A stretch of 64,000 nt of DNA from Callorhinchus milii (taxonomy: Eukaryota). Numbering within the stretch: the stretch's first letter is position 1; each line of letters begins with the position of its first letter. The position numbers and the translations under genes were made by a program. This document shows, piece by piece, positions 24,751 through 39,358 of the stretch. Under the pieces are notes generated by a model. It had not been told where the DNA came from and made no database searches. It saw nothing but the letters and a program-made list of their open reading frames with translations. The stretch spans positions 85,190,001 to 85,254,000 of the forward strand of contig NW_024704742.1 in assembly GCF_018977255.1 (NCBI RefSeq). The letters run 5' to 3'.

Positions 24751-26059
24751 TGCACAGTCTCACGGTCTGCATGGAAACATCACTGTCTGAAATGGAGTGT
24801 GCACTATCTTCCTGGAAGGAAGCACCCTGTAAACTTAATTCTGGAAATTATTGGATGCAGATTGGTAAGCAGCAAGGCTTGGGGACATTGGGGTATTGCT
24901 GGAGTGCAATCAGGTAAAACTGCTTGTTAAAGTGAGTATTGCCTGCCAGGCTCCTGCTCTTGTCCAGCTTGGACCAACTTATTTGTTGGGGCTTAGGCTT
25001 GCATGGCTAACTGAAGTGGGGATCGATCATTTCCCCCCAATGAATGATCTGCCCGTTTCAAGTCCTGCTGATGAGACAGGTTGGCTGGTCTGTGATACCG
25101 CGGTAATGCTTCGGAGTTCTGTGAATCCGCCTCGCTCAGGACGAGAACTACCAACATCACCACAGAACATTAATTCTTACATTCTGTAAGCAAGCTTGGA
25201 GCCAGCTTGGCCCCAAGGAGACGCTGCTTACATTTTCCCTCTTTCTTCTCCCCCCCCCCCCGCCCCAGATGATCAGTTGCTGGCCATTTGAGATCTGACA
25301 AATGCATATTTGAGCTCTCACAGGAACTCCATGTGAGCTTTCCGATGAGAAGCTCAGTGTAAAATATGTTGAGCATTGCAACAATCTTCTGCTCACAGCT
25401 TGGACACACATTCTTCCCCCTTGAACGATGGTTCCACCAGTTGGTAGTGCAGAGTTTGAGCAGCAGCTGCTTATCTCTCCCCCACACCAATTCAGATGGA
25501 TTCCAAGCCCTGGATATGTGTGTTCGTGACTCCAGGTAGTGTCTTGCAGCAGGTATCATCCCGTGCCTTTCCTCCTGAATTGCAACCTGGTGTGGAGAGG
25601 AAATGAATGATTAAATATACTGGATATAGGCTGCAGATCAGTAAGCATCTTCGTTAGTATTTGAATATGATCCTTTGTACATGTTTGATCTAATAGGGCT
25701 GCTAACTGTTTTTACCCTGTCTAAAGTTTTTGCTGTGATTGGTGTATTTCATTTCCAGTTGGTAATGTTTTAATGCGGGTGCTTATGTGAATTTATATCG
25801 GGGGTTTGTGGTCAGTATAAAGTGCCAAGATGTGATTCAGCTATGTTTCTTCAAATGTGGCAAGTGTCTACTGATTCCAATACTAATGGGGTCTGATTTT
25901 GTTGTGGTTGTGAAATATTGTTGGTTATTATGCAAGCTCTTGAAACTGTGAACCATGACACCAACTAAACTAGTGCATTACTGAAGTAAATATATATCCA
26001 GGAAAGGTATAAAGTAAGCCATTGGTGTACCATAAACTTCTTGCTAAGATGGAAAAAAT

Positions 26060-26990
26060 GTGGTGTGTTCCTTAAGGCTCCATATCCTCCGTCTTCTCTA
26101 TATCAACGTGCTCCTGCTTGGTTTGTCATCCACAGGCATGGGATTAACTTTCACACCTCAGCCTCGCCCCCATTGATTCCTGGACCACTGCTGTTCTGAA
26201 CAATTGCCTGCCCATTGAAAGCTAACTTTCTTCAGTTAACACCTTGGCTCCCGTCAACACTTCCCATTTGTCGCTGACGGCAATAATATACACGGATTTC
26301 CATTCCACCTCTCAGCTAGTACGGAACCTCTGTGTCTTGTTTAACTTTCAACTGTCCTTTAAACCCCACATCCATGCCCTAACCGTCCAGCTTTCTCCCA
26401 TCTCTGCGACATTGCCTGTCTCCCCATTACCTCTCTCTATTGGTCACCAAGACCCTTATCCATGCATTCACCATGTCCAGGCTGGACAGCTTTTAGCTTG
26501 CGAGACTTCCCCACTCTTCTCTCCACAAGCTGCAGACCATCTGGACTGCTGCAGCTCATGTCTCTCCTACATAGGCTCCAGAAACCTATTGCTCCCATTC
26601 TTGCCCGGCACTGGCTCCTTATCCCCCAGATGATTGAGTTCAAGATCCTCTCCTTCACTTTTAAATGGTCATGTCCCACTCTGCTTCTGTGACTGTAAAC
26701 CCAACCAACCTGCTGACTCCCTCTGCTTGGCAGGCACTGGCCTGCTTCATATCCCTTGCCCTGCCTTCCCTACCATCAGCAGTTGGAATTCCAGCCTCTG
26801 CCCCACTCTTGTCTCACCTCTTTCCTCAACTCCTTCAAGGTCCATCTTCAGATCTTCCTCTTTGACTGCACTTTCGGTCATCTTTACCCCCTCCCCCACC
26901 ACCCTTCCCGAATCCAACCCTGAGCTCGGTTGAAAACCCCTATCTGTCTAGTGCCTCCCGACATAAAAGGCGCTACAGAAAACTAGTTTA
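26060..26990 (+). mobile_element. Old, decayed L2 3' region
   Basis: RNLCVLFNFQLSFKPHI and HWLLIPQMIEFKIL remnants; tail ...CCCGACATAAAAGGCGCT. Confidence 0.7.
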
Positions 26991-29014
26991 TTTTAAATAG
27001 TTTGTAATATAGTCATGAGAGCATAGCTATTTTTACCTTTTAGAAGTAATTGTTTCTGCTGCAGGATCTTTCTAGATATAATCAGCTTTTTACCTTTAAA
27101 ATGCTTTTAAAACTCTAAGAATTGCTTTTGTCTCGACATTAATACACTTGCCAACGTCATAGAAGGGAGACTTTAGAGATTCTTATCTGAACCAAGCTCA
27201 TTTTAAAAAAAATTGCTATGCTATTGTTAGAAAATGGATCATGTCTACCAATAGCCTTATTTTTGTTTAATTATTTCTTATTCAAAATTATTCTGAGCAA
27301 ATTCAAATGCTCCTGACCAAATTAAGGCTGATTGGTACTGTCCAAGCTGCTTGCTTTTTTTGCGGCAATAAAGACTGAAAGCTGCTTTGTGGGAGTGACT
27401 TTTCAGCTTTATGCTCTCAATAGTAAGACTGTTCATTGGCATCTAGATGGAGGTATACTGCGTTTTTCTCTTCTGATTTTCTGCTGCGTTTTTCTCTTCT
27501 GATTTTCTGCTGCAACTCTTCCTTGGCCAACTTGTTTGTTCAAAGGTGTGTTGCCCTGGGAGAATTCTCTTTTAGCCTAAGGTGCAGTTTGGTAGCATGT
27601 TCATCCATGAAAGGCAAACAAATTAACATTTTCTCTTAAAGATTCACTGAATTTGACCTTTCATTTCTCTATTTCCCACCGCCATCCCTCCCGACCATCA
27701 GTAATTAAAATTTCTTTCAGCAGTTGCAGTTTCGGTGATTGTCGCCTGACTCCGCCACTACCTCAGGCCACTGAAACTCTTGTTCATGCCTTCATCACCT
27801 CCCGGCTCGACTATGCAAACGCCCTGCTGTCGGCCTTCCCAACTCCTCCCTCCACAGACTGCAGATAATCCAGAACTCTGCAGCCCGTGTCCTCTCCCGA
27901 CCCCCCCCCCCCCCCGACCCGACCCCCCGCAATTTTTGGCAAATATTTCCTCATATTTCTATTGGCCCAGGTGTTGAGGCATTAGGGGTGAAGCACGGTT
28001 TCTTGGACTGTGAAACTTAAAAGGATAAAGAAGTTACATTTTTGGCAGAGGTTGGAAAACAGCATTTATTTTCCCCAAATACCCTCTTTTTTTCTGTTGA
28101 TTTATGATAAACTAGTTCCTGTTATTGCTGTTGACAGTGTTAAACTAGCTTTCCCCGCTGGATTGATTCAGCTGCATGCAAGATCTCTTGTAAGACCATT
28201 TCTTTCGGAGACTAGACTTGGAGAAAATGTGTGCTGATGGATCAGAAATGAAGAACAAGATGACCTGCTAATGGTTGAAAGGAACAGTTCTAATGGTACA
28301 TTTGAAACATTAACTGTTTTCTTTCCCTAAACTTCAACTGAAATTGCTTATTTGTGATGCAGTACAGTTCTACAGATGCTGTTCACTCTGGAGTACTTCA
28401 GTCAAGTTGCCATTCTTGTATGTATGAGGTTAGACCATGAGTGTTGGCTATTTTGATTGTGAGGAGTACGGCAAATATATCCTGTCCTTCCCCCAACATC
28501 CAAAAGTGCAGCCTCCAACTGCATTCCATGGGTAATGATTAAAAACAGAAACTCTCGTTTTCTTCCCTCCCTTCACCCTCCTCCCAAGCACTGCAGAAAC
28601 CTCGATCAAGCTGTTAAACTTGGCACAACCATCAATTGAAACTGGGACCTCATTACTCTTGCCTCCAGCTTTGCTCGAGGCAATGGCTTCAGCATCAGAC
28701 CTGTCAATCTAAAGCTTTAATCAACCTTTTAGAAGCACTTTATTAGTCTCCCTTCACCTTGTTGCTGAGAGCTTGTAACCTGGCAGTGGTGCTCTGAATT
28801 AATCCCATTGCTGAGGACAATGAGTGGACTGAAGATGCCACTTGATTTATTCTTGTGTGGATTGGTGCAGGCAAGTTTGTTAGTGCTTCTATTAGATGCC
28901 ACTTACTGCCACTTCCTGTTTTTTTGATTAACCTTCAATGCTGCTGTGAGGTTATTCAGTATAGAAGGTAATTTCATGGTGAGAAAGAGACTGGGTCAGT
29001 GATATTTCAACCCT

Positions 29015-29412
29015 GCATTTCAAAGCCCTCCATGGTCTTGCTCACCCCTACCTCTGCGACCTCCTAACCCCCTACCACGCTGCTCGTTTCCTCTGCTGAG
29101 TGGGCTCCGGCCTGCTTCACGTCCCCCGCCTCACCCACCCCACTATTGCTGGGCGGGCCTTCTGCCACTCTCCCCCCACCCCCTGGAACTCCATCTCGCA
29201 GTCCCTCCGCCTCGCCCCCTCCCTTGCCTCCTTCAAGACGCATCTCAACACCCTTCTCTTCGATGGTGCTTTCGATCACCCTGCTTCCCCCTGCCCTCCA
29301 CCCTCCCCCAATACCGCCCCCCAGCTCGGGTCCGAAACTCTGACTGTCCAGCACCTTGGAACGTCCTCCCAACGTGAAAGGCGCTATACAAATGTAATTT
29401 TATTGTTGTTGT
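29015..29412 (+). mobile_element. L2 3' fragment
   Basis: GRAFCHS...WNSISQSLRLAPSLASFKTHL plus tail. Confidence 0.8.
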
Positions 29413-30387
29413 CGCATTTGTAGAGTTTTTTTCGTGCAATTTGAAGTACCAGAATTGCCAAGATCTCAATCCTATAAATTGTGTAGGTAGCTATGTGTAA
29501 AAATAGAATTGTGTATGGTAATTATTCAGTCTCAAATGGGAGCATTGGTGCTGGTTGCAGTGCAACAATGAGTTATTATTGAGAAAGAAATACAGTACTG
29601 TCTGCGCTCAATTATTCGGTTTTATGTTTGTTCAGATCCTGTGGAAACAGTGTTTAGTTGCAAGGATACTTATAATTTCCTGAGCATTCAGTGCAGACTA
29701 ATTCCAAGCATGACCTATTGAGGCCATGATAATGTTTTTCCTTGATTTGTTTTCCAGGCTTATAAAATGTGCAGGACAGCATGGCTGTTGGCATTAACTT
29801 TATTATATTGTTTGGAATTCACATTGTACCCATTTTAATCTAATCCTATTGCAACAGATAACTCATTTCGATCCAGATCTATGTGCTTTCAAGTTATTCC
29901 ATTCATCCAGTTGGCTTTCAGTGGGGAAACCTTGACAGTATGTAGGTTGAGAGTTGTATACTTTAGTACTCGTATACATTTTTTAAATTTAAAATAAAGG
30001 TTGGTATGTTGTACACTTAAGGAGGAAAAGGTGGATGCTGTATACCAAATTGAATGGATGTATTGTCTGACTGTTAATGCTGCTTCTGAATTCGAGACCT
30101 GCAGCCTGAAAAAATACCAACTCTTAAGACAATTCTAAGTGTTCAGTACTTTGCTTAAGGTTGTGGAAATTGTGGAATATTCCTGCATTCAGATTTGGAA
30201 GTTTTTTTGAGCTCTTCCAATCTTATTTTCAAATTGAGACCGAATTGAGGATGTTTTGAAGATAAAGTTCTTCTGAATATTAAATATTAGTAAAAATGGA
30301 TTTATAGGCAAAGGTTAAGTGGAATTGCAGACTGCTGGTATATATTGACAATCTGCCTTCCAGGATCCAGCACTAACCAGACTTGAC

Positions 30388-30711
30388 ATAATAATCCTTG
30401 CATTTGATATAGCACTTTTCATGTCTTCTAGAAGTCTCAAAGCGCTTCACAGAACATACTGTAAGGTGAATTGACTATATATTTGTGGGCGAAATGCAGC
30501 AGCCAATTGCGCACAGCAATGTCCCACAGACATTGCTGTGCGCAATTGGATTGAAAATGACCGATTTATTATTTTTTTTTCTTGAGGGATTATTATTAGG
30601 CTCTGTGTGGAGTAAGGAAACTTGCCCAAGGTTTCACCCTCTGCTGGGAATCGAGCCCAGGTCTCTCGCTTGTAAAGCGAGTGCTCTAACCACTGAGCTA
30701 CAGGACTCTAC
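30388..30711 (-). mobile_element. tRNA-derived SINE with an internal inverted duplication
   Basis: Reverse complement of the family; extra palindrome at 30503-30549. Confidence 0.9.
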
Positions 30712-32454
30712 CTGCTATGTTAATAAGGCTACAATGTAGACTGTCTGCCTGTTCCAGAAGACATTAACGATCATATGGCACTATTTGAAAAGAGAAGGGA
30801 GTTCTTAAGGTGCCTGAGCCAACAATTCCCCAAATAAAATTGGTATTTTGTTTCATGAGATATTGCTGTGTACAATTGGGCTGCCGCATTCACTTACAAC
30901 TATACAGTCACTCCACTTCACAATAAATCCTGCGAAGCACACATCCCGACATGAAAAGCGCCATACCAAATGCAAGAATTATTATAGTTTGGTTCATGAA
31001 AATGTCTTCTAAATAAATGTTTCCTGTGCAAAGTGATGCTGTGCAGTATTTTAATTTTATTTTTTAAAAATGTCAATTTCACTGGTGCACCACTGAAATC
31101 TATTCATGAATGTAAAGTAATGGATTCTGTTATTTCAGGTGTCTAGTTGTGAGTTTGATGAACAGCATTGTCCTGGTGAATGAGATACTGAGTAACAGAA
31201 TGGGAAACCTGTCAGCTTTTATCTATTGAGCAGCGAACATTGCATGACTGTCAGACTGCACATCCCTGTATATTCTGCACAGATAACTTGCTTAAAAAAA
31301 GTTATGTTGGCTTTATTGGAGTAGCAGCTCTTTCCATGAAGAAATTTACAATCTGAAGTCTGCACAGGGGGTAAAATTGTTCAAGTGTTTCTTATGAGGT
31401 TAAGCATCTATACTCCTCTACTCACTTCAGTCAGTTGTCTTTTCGTTAGACTTTTTTTCTCTCTCTCTGAGCCATACATCAGGAGTCAAAGGAGTGGTTG
31501 AGCATCTTGATTTAAGATCTCTGCCAATGCCGCTCTGAGCCTGCTGGGATGAGCACAATTAAGGCAGTAGATGGTTTCTGGACAACTTGCTTCCGCCATG
31601 AGGAAGTGCACTCAGATCAGAGAAATTGCAGATTCAAACAGCATCTCATCACTCTCGCATAATGCACTGGTTGAATGCCCTATTCTACCCAGTAGATTTT
31701 CTATTTATTAAACTACTTTGCAGTGGGTATCAGTAATTCCCCTCACACACTGTACATCCACTTTCTCTGTTAAAAGAGCCTGCCGTTTAGTTTGGTCCAC
31801 TCGGTGTGATTGGATTTTGCATAAGCAGACTTGGTCACAGTGACTGTATAGTAAGTGTGAGGGGGTGGTAATGTTAATAGCAAAAGCTTTAATGCTTTTG
31901 TCAGGAAAATGTTGCTCTTGGGACCTGAAGGAAATTTGGTGAAGGAGGTTACTATATGTTGATTTCTTTTTTTTTGCATTGAAGCTTTGTATTAATTTTA
32001 CACTGAATGATTAAATCCAGGATTATTTTAAATCCGTATTAGGAACACAATTTGCACTAAAATAGTTTCTTTCCCGAGCTTCGGAGTGGAAGCTTGAGCT
32101 GGGTTGGAGTGTAGGTGATAAGCTGGGTCAATAGAAAAGTGCTGACATATTTGCAAAAAAAATTGTGGAGCACTTTACAAATCTTGCAGGTAATTGCAGC
32201 GGGCTTTGTGGGGAAAATTGCAGAGGTTGATTGGTGCTGTTGTGGTACATTTTACTGCTACATTTTTTGACTTTAGTGATAATAAAATAAGGAAATAACA
32301 CATATTAGATTGTTAAAAAATATAAATTGCTTCTTTAACGAAAACTAGGTGGTCATTTTTTTTCTTGGTGGGGCGGACACCAGCAAAGCTGCAGGAGCTC
32401 ACCACCTCCTGCCTCTGAGGGCTGGTACTGCACACAGAGACCCAGAAAGACACG

Positions 32455-33795
32455 CACACTCAGAGAGAGAGAGAGAGAGACGCACACACATACACACACA
32501 TTCGGAGAGAGACACACACACATACACACACATTCGGAGAGAGACACACACACATACACACACATTCGGAGAGAGACACACACACATTCGGAGAGAGACA
32601 CACATTTGAAGAGAGAGACACAAACACACACACATTTGAAGAGAGAGACACAAACACACACACATTTGAAGAGAGAGACACAAACACACACACATTTGAA
32701 GAGAGAGACACAAACACACACACATTTGGAGAGACGCGCACACACACACACATTTGGAGAGAGACGCGCGCACACACACACACATTTGGAGAGAGACGCG
32801 CGCGCACACACACACATTTGGAGAGAGGCGCGCACACACATTTGGAGAGAGGCGCGCACACACACACTTGGAGAGAGACGCGCGCACACACACACTTGGA
32901 GAGAGACGCGCGCACACACACACACACTTGGAGAGAGACGCGCGCGCGCACACACACACACTTGGAGAGAGACGCGCGCGCGCACACACACACATTTGGG
33001 GAGAGACGCGCACACACACACACATTTGGAGAGAGACGCGCGCACCCACACACACATTTGGAGAGAGACGCGCGCGCACACACACACATTTGGAGAGAGG
33101 CGCGACACACACACTTGGAGAGAGACGCGCGCACACACTTGGAGAGAGACGCGCGCGCACACACACACTTGGAGAGAGACGCGCGCACACACACACACAC
33201 TTGGAGAGAGACGCGCGCGCGCACACACACACACTTGGAGAGAGACGCGCGCGCGCACACACACACACTTGGAGAGAGACGCGCGCGCGCACACACACAC
33301 ACTTGGAGAGAGACGCGCGCGCGCACACACACACACACTTGGAGAGAGACGCGCGCGCACACACACTTGGAGAGAGACGCGCGCACACACACTTGGAGAG
33401 AGACGCGCGCGCACACACTTGGAGAGAGACGCGCGCGCACACACACTTGGAGAGAGACGCGCGCGCACACACTTGGAGAGAGACGCGCGCGCACACACAC
33501 ACACACACTTGGAGAGAGACGCGCGCACACACACACACACACTTGGAGAGAGACGCGCGCGCACACACACACACTTGGAGCGAGACGCGCGCACACACAC
33601 ACACTTGGAGCGAGACGCGCGCACACACACACACTTGGAGAGAGGCGCGCACACACACACACTTGGAGAGAGACGCGCGCACACACACACACTTGGAGAG
33701 ACGCGCACGCAAGGGGGGGCGGGGGGGGGAGGCACGCAAGGGGGGGCGGGGGGGGAGGCACGCAAGGGGGGCGGGGGGGGAGGCACGCAAGGGGG
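32455..33795. repeat. Compound microsatellite array TTGGAGAGAGA(CG)n(CA)n, roughly 40 units, ending in a GGCACGCAAG-Gn repeat
   Basis: Directly visible. Explains the long ORFs at 32353-33953. Confidence 0.95.
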
Positions 33796-34650
33796 TAGAG
33801 GGTAGCACACTCGGGGGGAGGGTGACACAGAGAGAGAGACTTCAGTGGTTGAATGCATACTGCCATTGTTGGTGGCGATAGAAGGTTAGCCTGAGGAAGA
33901 GCAGAGGGAGGAGCAATGTAGGAGATCGTAGAGCTGGGGTGTGATGAGGCCATTTGAAAAGGTAACGTTGAAGTGAATCCACTGGAAATTCCCAGTCGAC
34001 CCTGGGGATGATTGACTCATGGAACCTGGTGCAGAAAATGATACAGGTTACAAAGTTCCAGATAATCTGGAGTTTATGGAGGGTTTTGCTGGGAAGGCCA
34101 GTGAAGAGAGATTGGAGAAATCAAGACCGTAGATGATTACGGTGCGGATGAGGGTTACTGCTTCATTGATGACGTAGAGTCAGGCTTCATTGCAGAGATG
34201 GAGGAAAGCATACTTTATCAAACACTGCTTAAAGTAGAGGTGAAGGTTGAGTAAAGTGCCAAGATTGTGTACTGGTTCAGTGTTGCTTTCAGTGAGGAAC
34301 TGCAGAGGTTGATCGTCACAGTTAAGGGTGAAGCGACACTTGCGGGAGCTGAGCAGAATGGTGAGAAGTATGTGTAAACCTTTCAACATGTGTTGCTAAT
34401 ACAGCCAGTTAACACAGCTAAGTGATCTTGACCTTGCAACACAAATGCAGTTTCCAACTAATGTCTCTGGATAGCAAGTGTAAATCCTGGCTCATTTTTG
34501 GCCCTTCTCCAACCAAAATGTCGGCGATGTGATATTGGTGCTCCTATGTGGCTCGGAGATGTGGATGCTGAAGAGAAACTCGTCTGCCTGTCAAGAATTC
34601 CACATGCTTTGCCAGTGCAATATTCTTGGAATACTCTGGTTCAGCTGCTA

Positions 34651-35778
34651 ACGGCTTTTCCTCCACCCCCCGCACTGTCTCGTGCGGTGTCCCTCAGGGC
34701 TCTGTCCTCGGTCCCCTCCTCTTCACCCTCTATATGCTCCCCCTGTGGTGACATCATCCGCAAACATGGGGTTAACTTCCACATGTATGCGGATGACACC
34801 CAACTCTACCTTTCCTCCTCTACTCTCAACTCCACGACCACCGATGTCCTGACAGCTGCCTGTCCGACATCGAGTCCTGGACGAGAGACAACTTTCTTCA
34901 GCTCAATGTGCGCAAAACTGAGGCCCTCCTGATTGGCTCACGTCAGCGCCTCCGCACCTCAGGCGCTGACACCATCAGCATCCAAGGCTGCACTCTCCAC
35001 CTCTCAAAGCCACTCAGGAACCTCGGTCTTCTGTTCGACCCTGAGCTGTCCTTTCTCCCTCATATCCGCACCACAACTGGCACCGCCTTCCATCACCTCC
35101 GGAACATCGCCAGACTACGGCACTACCTCACCCCTCACGCTGCTGAAACTCTGGTCCACGCCTTTGTCACCTCAAGGCTGGACTATGGGAACTCTCTCCT
35201 CGCCGGCCTTCCCGGCACCTCCCTCCACAAGCTGCAGGTCATTCAGAACTCTGCAGCTCGTGTACTGTCCCGCACCAGGCTTCGGGACCACATCACTCCC
35301 ACCCTCGCTCGCCTCCACTGGCTCCCCATCCCCCAGAGGATCCAATTCAAGATCCTCATCCTCACCTACAAGGCCATTCACGGCCTCGCTCCCTCCTACC
35401 TCTCCGACCTACTATCCCCCTACCTACCTGCCCGTACCCTTTGTTCCTGTGGCTCCGGTCTGCTCCACATCCCCCGCCCCAACCGCCCTACCATCGGTGG
35501 CCGGGCCTTCAGCCTCTCAGCCCCGAGGCTCTGGAACTCCATCCCCCAGTGCCTTCGCCGCCTCCTCCCTTTCCTCCTTCAAGGCCGGTCTCAAGACCTT
35601 TCTCTTTGACCGTGCCTTCAGCTCCCCTCTCGACTCTCTACCCCCTCCTCGCTCCCTCCCTTCCCTCCCCTCCCCCTGACCATTTCCCCGCTGCTCGGGT
35701 CCCGACCCAACTGTCCAGCGCCTTGGGACGTCCTCCCGACGTGAAAGGCGCTCTATAAATGCAATCTTGTTGTTGTTG
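34651..35778 (+). mobile_element. Young 5'-truncated L2 LINE (RT C-terminal half plus tail)
   Basis: [30 protein letters not shown] and LHWLPI motifs. Tail GCGCCTTGGGACGTCCTCCCGACGTGAAAGGCGCTCTATAAATG plus (TTG)n. Confidence 0.92.
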
Positions 35779-38089
35779 ACAGTGTAGGGTTAGCTCAGAC
35801 CAGCTTACCCAGTGTGGCTCAGTTGGTAGCACTGTTGCTTCTCAGTCAGAAGGTTGTAAGTTCAACTCTCATGTCAGGACTTGGAACTTGTAGTATAAGT
35901 GAATAGAAAGTGAATATGTCTTATGAATAGAAAGTTCATTTTGTATGTTGCTCTTGTACAGAGTTGCTGATCCAGGTAAAAGAATTAACTTGCTGCAAGC
36001 TGATGTGGTCAACTATTCTAGCTGATTGCAGGTTGACATTTGAAGTTTGCAGAGTGTACATAAAATTCTGTTTAACTCCAGCTGCTGAATTTGTATGGAA
36101 TTTGTAACTTTTTTTTAAAAAAAGAAAAATTTAAATGCTGCAGAGAACTTTGCAAATCTGTTAATGCAAGACAAATCAATTCCCACTTTGCCTTTCTTTT
36201 TATTGTATTATTCCAGTGGCTCCAGAGTAGTTTGACCTCCACACTGTCAAATCCTTTTTTATTTTTTGCAAATCTGTTTCCTTCTGTTAAGATTGTTCAT
36301 ATTTGGGTATATCCAAATTTCATTGCGTCAGCTTGAACTTCAGATGAGACTGATGAAACTTGAGTGAGTTATGAGCTTCCCATGAGTGGATACTTCAGGC
36401 TTATTTCAGCTTGTTTGGGGAAGTGTTAATGTCGGTGCTGTGAAGTGGAACATTTTATTCCTACTTTCTGCAGCAAATGTCATGCTGCCCCTCTAGTCAA
36501 GTTATATCATAGATCCATGGAAAAGCAAAACTGCTAATGTCTGTCACACCGTTCTGCACCAGTATGCTTCCCTTCCTCCCCTTACGTCAATCCTTTTGGC
36601 ATTTCTGAATGTCAATTTAGTTTTGAGTTATGGGTTCATTGGTCACTCATTTCATCGCTGTTTGTAGGACATTGATATGTATAAATTGGCTGCTGTTTCA
36701 CCCACAAAATTCACACAATTGCACTACTTTACAGTATGTCTGAAGCATTTTGAGATGTCTCAACAATGTGATAAGGAATGTTAAGGATTATTTGTCAGGA
36801 GCTGGGCTGAGGCTGAACTGATATGAAGTAGGAACCTTATAATTGAAAAGAGGTTTTATTCTGTTAGTTTGAGCTGAATTTGAAAATTTGAACCCAAGTC
36901 TGAGTATTTAGGATGCTGTTAACTCACTGTACTTTCCAATTCTTAAGTCATTCAATATTTCTAATTTAGTCTAATCCTGCAATCCAATTATTTAACAGAC
37001 ACCATTGCTAAAAACTACTTTAAAATTCACACTTTATATTTTACGTATTGAACAAGTGTTCAAAAGACATGATTTGCGCCACCAAATGATTCCTAAAACA
37101 CTGCAGATTGTTTACTCCAGTGCATTAGCTGCTAAGCATCACCTCATTTATTTTGAGGGAAAACTCTGGCTTTTTCTAATCGAAAGCCAAAAGCAAAAAT
37201 GTACATTTTACTGTGACTAAACCTTGCATTTGATATAACACCTTCCGTGTTGAGGACCCATCAGAGATTCACAGGATATACAGGGAGTGTAATTAATGAC
37301 TTATATAGGCAAATGTAGCAGCTAATTTGCATACAGCAATGTCCCACAAATAGACTTAAAGTGAATGACCAATTTTATTTGGAGGATTATTGGCTGGGAT
37401 ACTGGTAGAAAGAAACTCCCTTAGTTTAACCTAAATACTCTTCCGACCCCCCGCCCCCTCACCATGTTGTGAAGTACTGTAGCAGTAACAAGCCTGTATT
37501 GAAGTTGCCTTGTTTTTTGGAGGTGGGGTGGGGGGAATGGCGCAATTTAACTCTGGCATGTTTGACATCAATCTGTTGTATTTGTGAGTTGTTATTTAAT
37601 GAGTTTGTATGCAGATGATTCAGCCCTGTAACTATCCAGCATCTTCTATAAGTTCATTTTCTGTGTCGTGTTGCATTTTGCATTTCTGCACTACATTCTA
37701 CCGTTGTATGTGAATGTCTGTTCTATACTGGTTATTGAGATTGCAGTTGACCCCAATCTCGGTTGAAGAGAAGGTTGATGTGATGGTACTCTGTGCACTT
37801 TGATCACCTCTCTTCAATCCTTTTAGGGCCCAATTGTTAATGCTCTTGTCCCTGAGTCAGATGGTTGTCAGTCGGTTCAAGCCCCACTGCGCACATGAGA
37901 ATATCTGGGTTGACACTCTTGAGACGTTATCTGAGGAACACTGCATTGACTGAGATTCTGTCTTTTGGGTGAGGTGTTAAAACCAAGGTCCTGATCAGGC
38001 AGATATTTACCAAAAAATCCCATGATACTATTCAAAAATCTTTCAAGTCAAATCCTTCAGGTAAGATTGATTGTTCACTTGATGGCTCT

Positions 38090-38705
38090 GCCTTCCCTCA
38101 CCTCCGTAACATCGCCCGACTCCGCCAATACCTCACCTCTCAGGCCGCTGAAATTCTTGTTCATGCCTCCATCACCTCCCGGCTCGACTATGCAAACGCC
38201 CTGCTTGTCGGCCTTCCCAACTTCTTCCTCCACAGGCTGCAGATAATCCAGAACCCGTGTCCTCTCCCGCACCAAACTCCGTGACCCCATCTCCCTCACT
38301 CTCGCCCGACTCCATTGGCTCCCTATCCTTCAGAGGATCCAGTTCAAGAACCTGGTCCTCACCTACAAAGCCCTCAATGGCCTCGACCCACCCTACCTCT
38401 GTAATCTCCTAATCCTCTACCAACCCGCCCGTTCCCTCCGCTCAGCCCACCATTGGCGGGAGAGCCTTCATCCACTCTGCCCCTAACTTCTGGAATTCCA
38501 TCTCCCAGTCACTCCGCCTCACCCCCTCCTTAGCCTCCTTCAAGTACCACCTCAAGACCCTCCTCTTCAACCATGCCATCCGCCAGCCCCCTTCTCCCCC
38601 CCCCCCCACCCCCGACCCCAGCTAAAAATGCTGTGCACTGTTCAGCACCTTGGGACGTCCTCCCGACGTGAAAGGCACTAAACAAATGTAATCTTGTTGT
38701 TGTTT
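38090..38705 (+). mobile_element. L2 3' fragment
   Basis: SRLDYANALL and LHWLPI region plus tail CTTGGGACGTCCTCCCGACGTGAAAGGC. Confidence 0.8.
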
Positions 38706-39358
38706 GTGGGATATTTACTGTGAAGAAAATAATCACCTATAAATAGTAGTTACATTTTACAGAAAACTGTGCAGCGTGTCGAGACACTATCAAATGCAGG
38801 AAGATTTTTTCTGTTGTACAATGGCTTATTGTTTAGGATGTTGCCTAAAATGAATAATATCAAAGTCTGGGTTTGTTTTGTGTCAATTCACTTAAATCAT
38901 AAGTTTTACTAGCTGTACTGTATATAACGCTTGTGCCTTCTGGGTGACTGAATGGAAACTGTTGTGGAATACTCACTGTGTAGCTATTTTTGAAGTTTAG
39001 CTTCACGGAGCGGCTGGGGTTGTGCTGTACTCCTACAAACACTGCTGTGTTTTTATATATAAGAACTGTTTAAATCTACTCTCCATTGCCTCCTTATCCA
39101 TGCAGACATAAAAGGAAAGTAGTGGTAACAGTTTTATTAAAAATAATGGATGTTTTGGAGAATTAATTGCAAATAAACACCGACCGATTTTGGTCTCTTG
39201 CACTATGATTCTTGATGCAGCCTTACTCATAGAGACCTATTTGCCCATTTAACCTCAAACTGCATGCTTTTGTCAACTGATTACGGCTTTTAGAATGAAA
39301 TAAGTAGAAGAAATGCAATTTTTAACGATATTTACATTTTGTTTTGTTTATATACTAG

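Noticed and set aside
32353..33953. ORFs of 326-501 aa (CVCARASLSK or HTHTLGERRA repeats)
   Set aside because: Translations of a dinucleotide compound repeat, open in all six frames.
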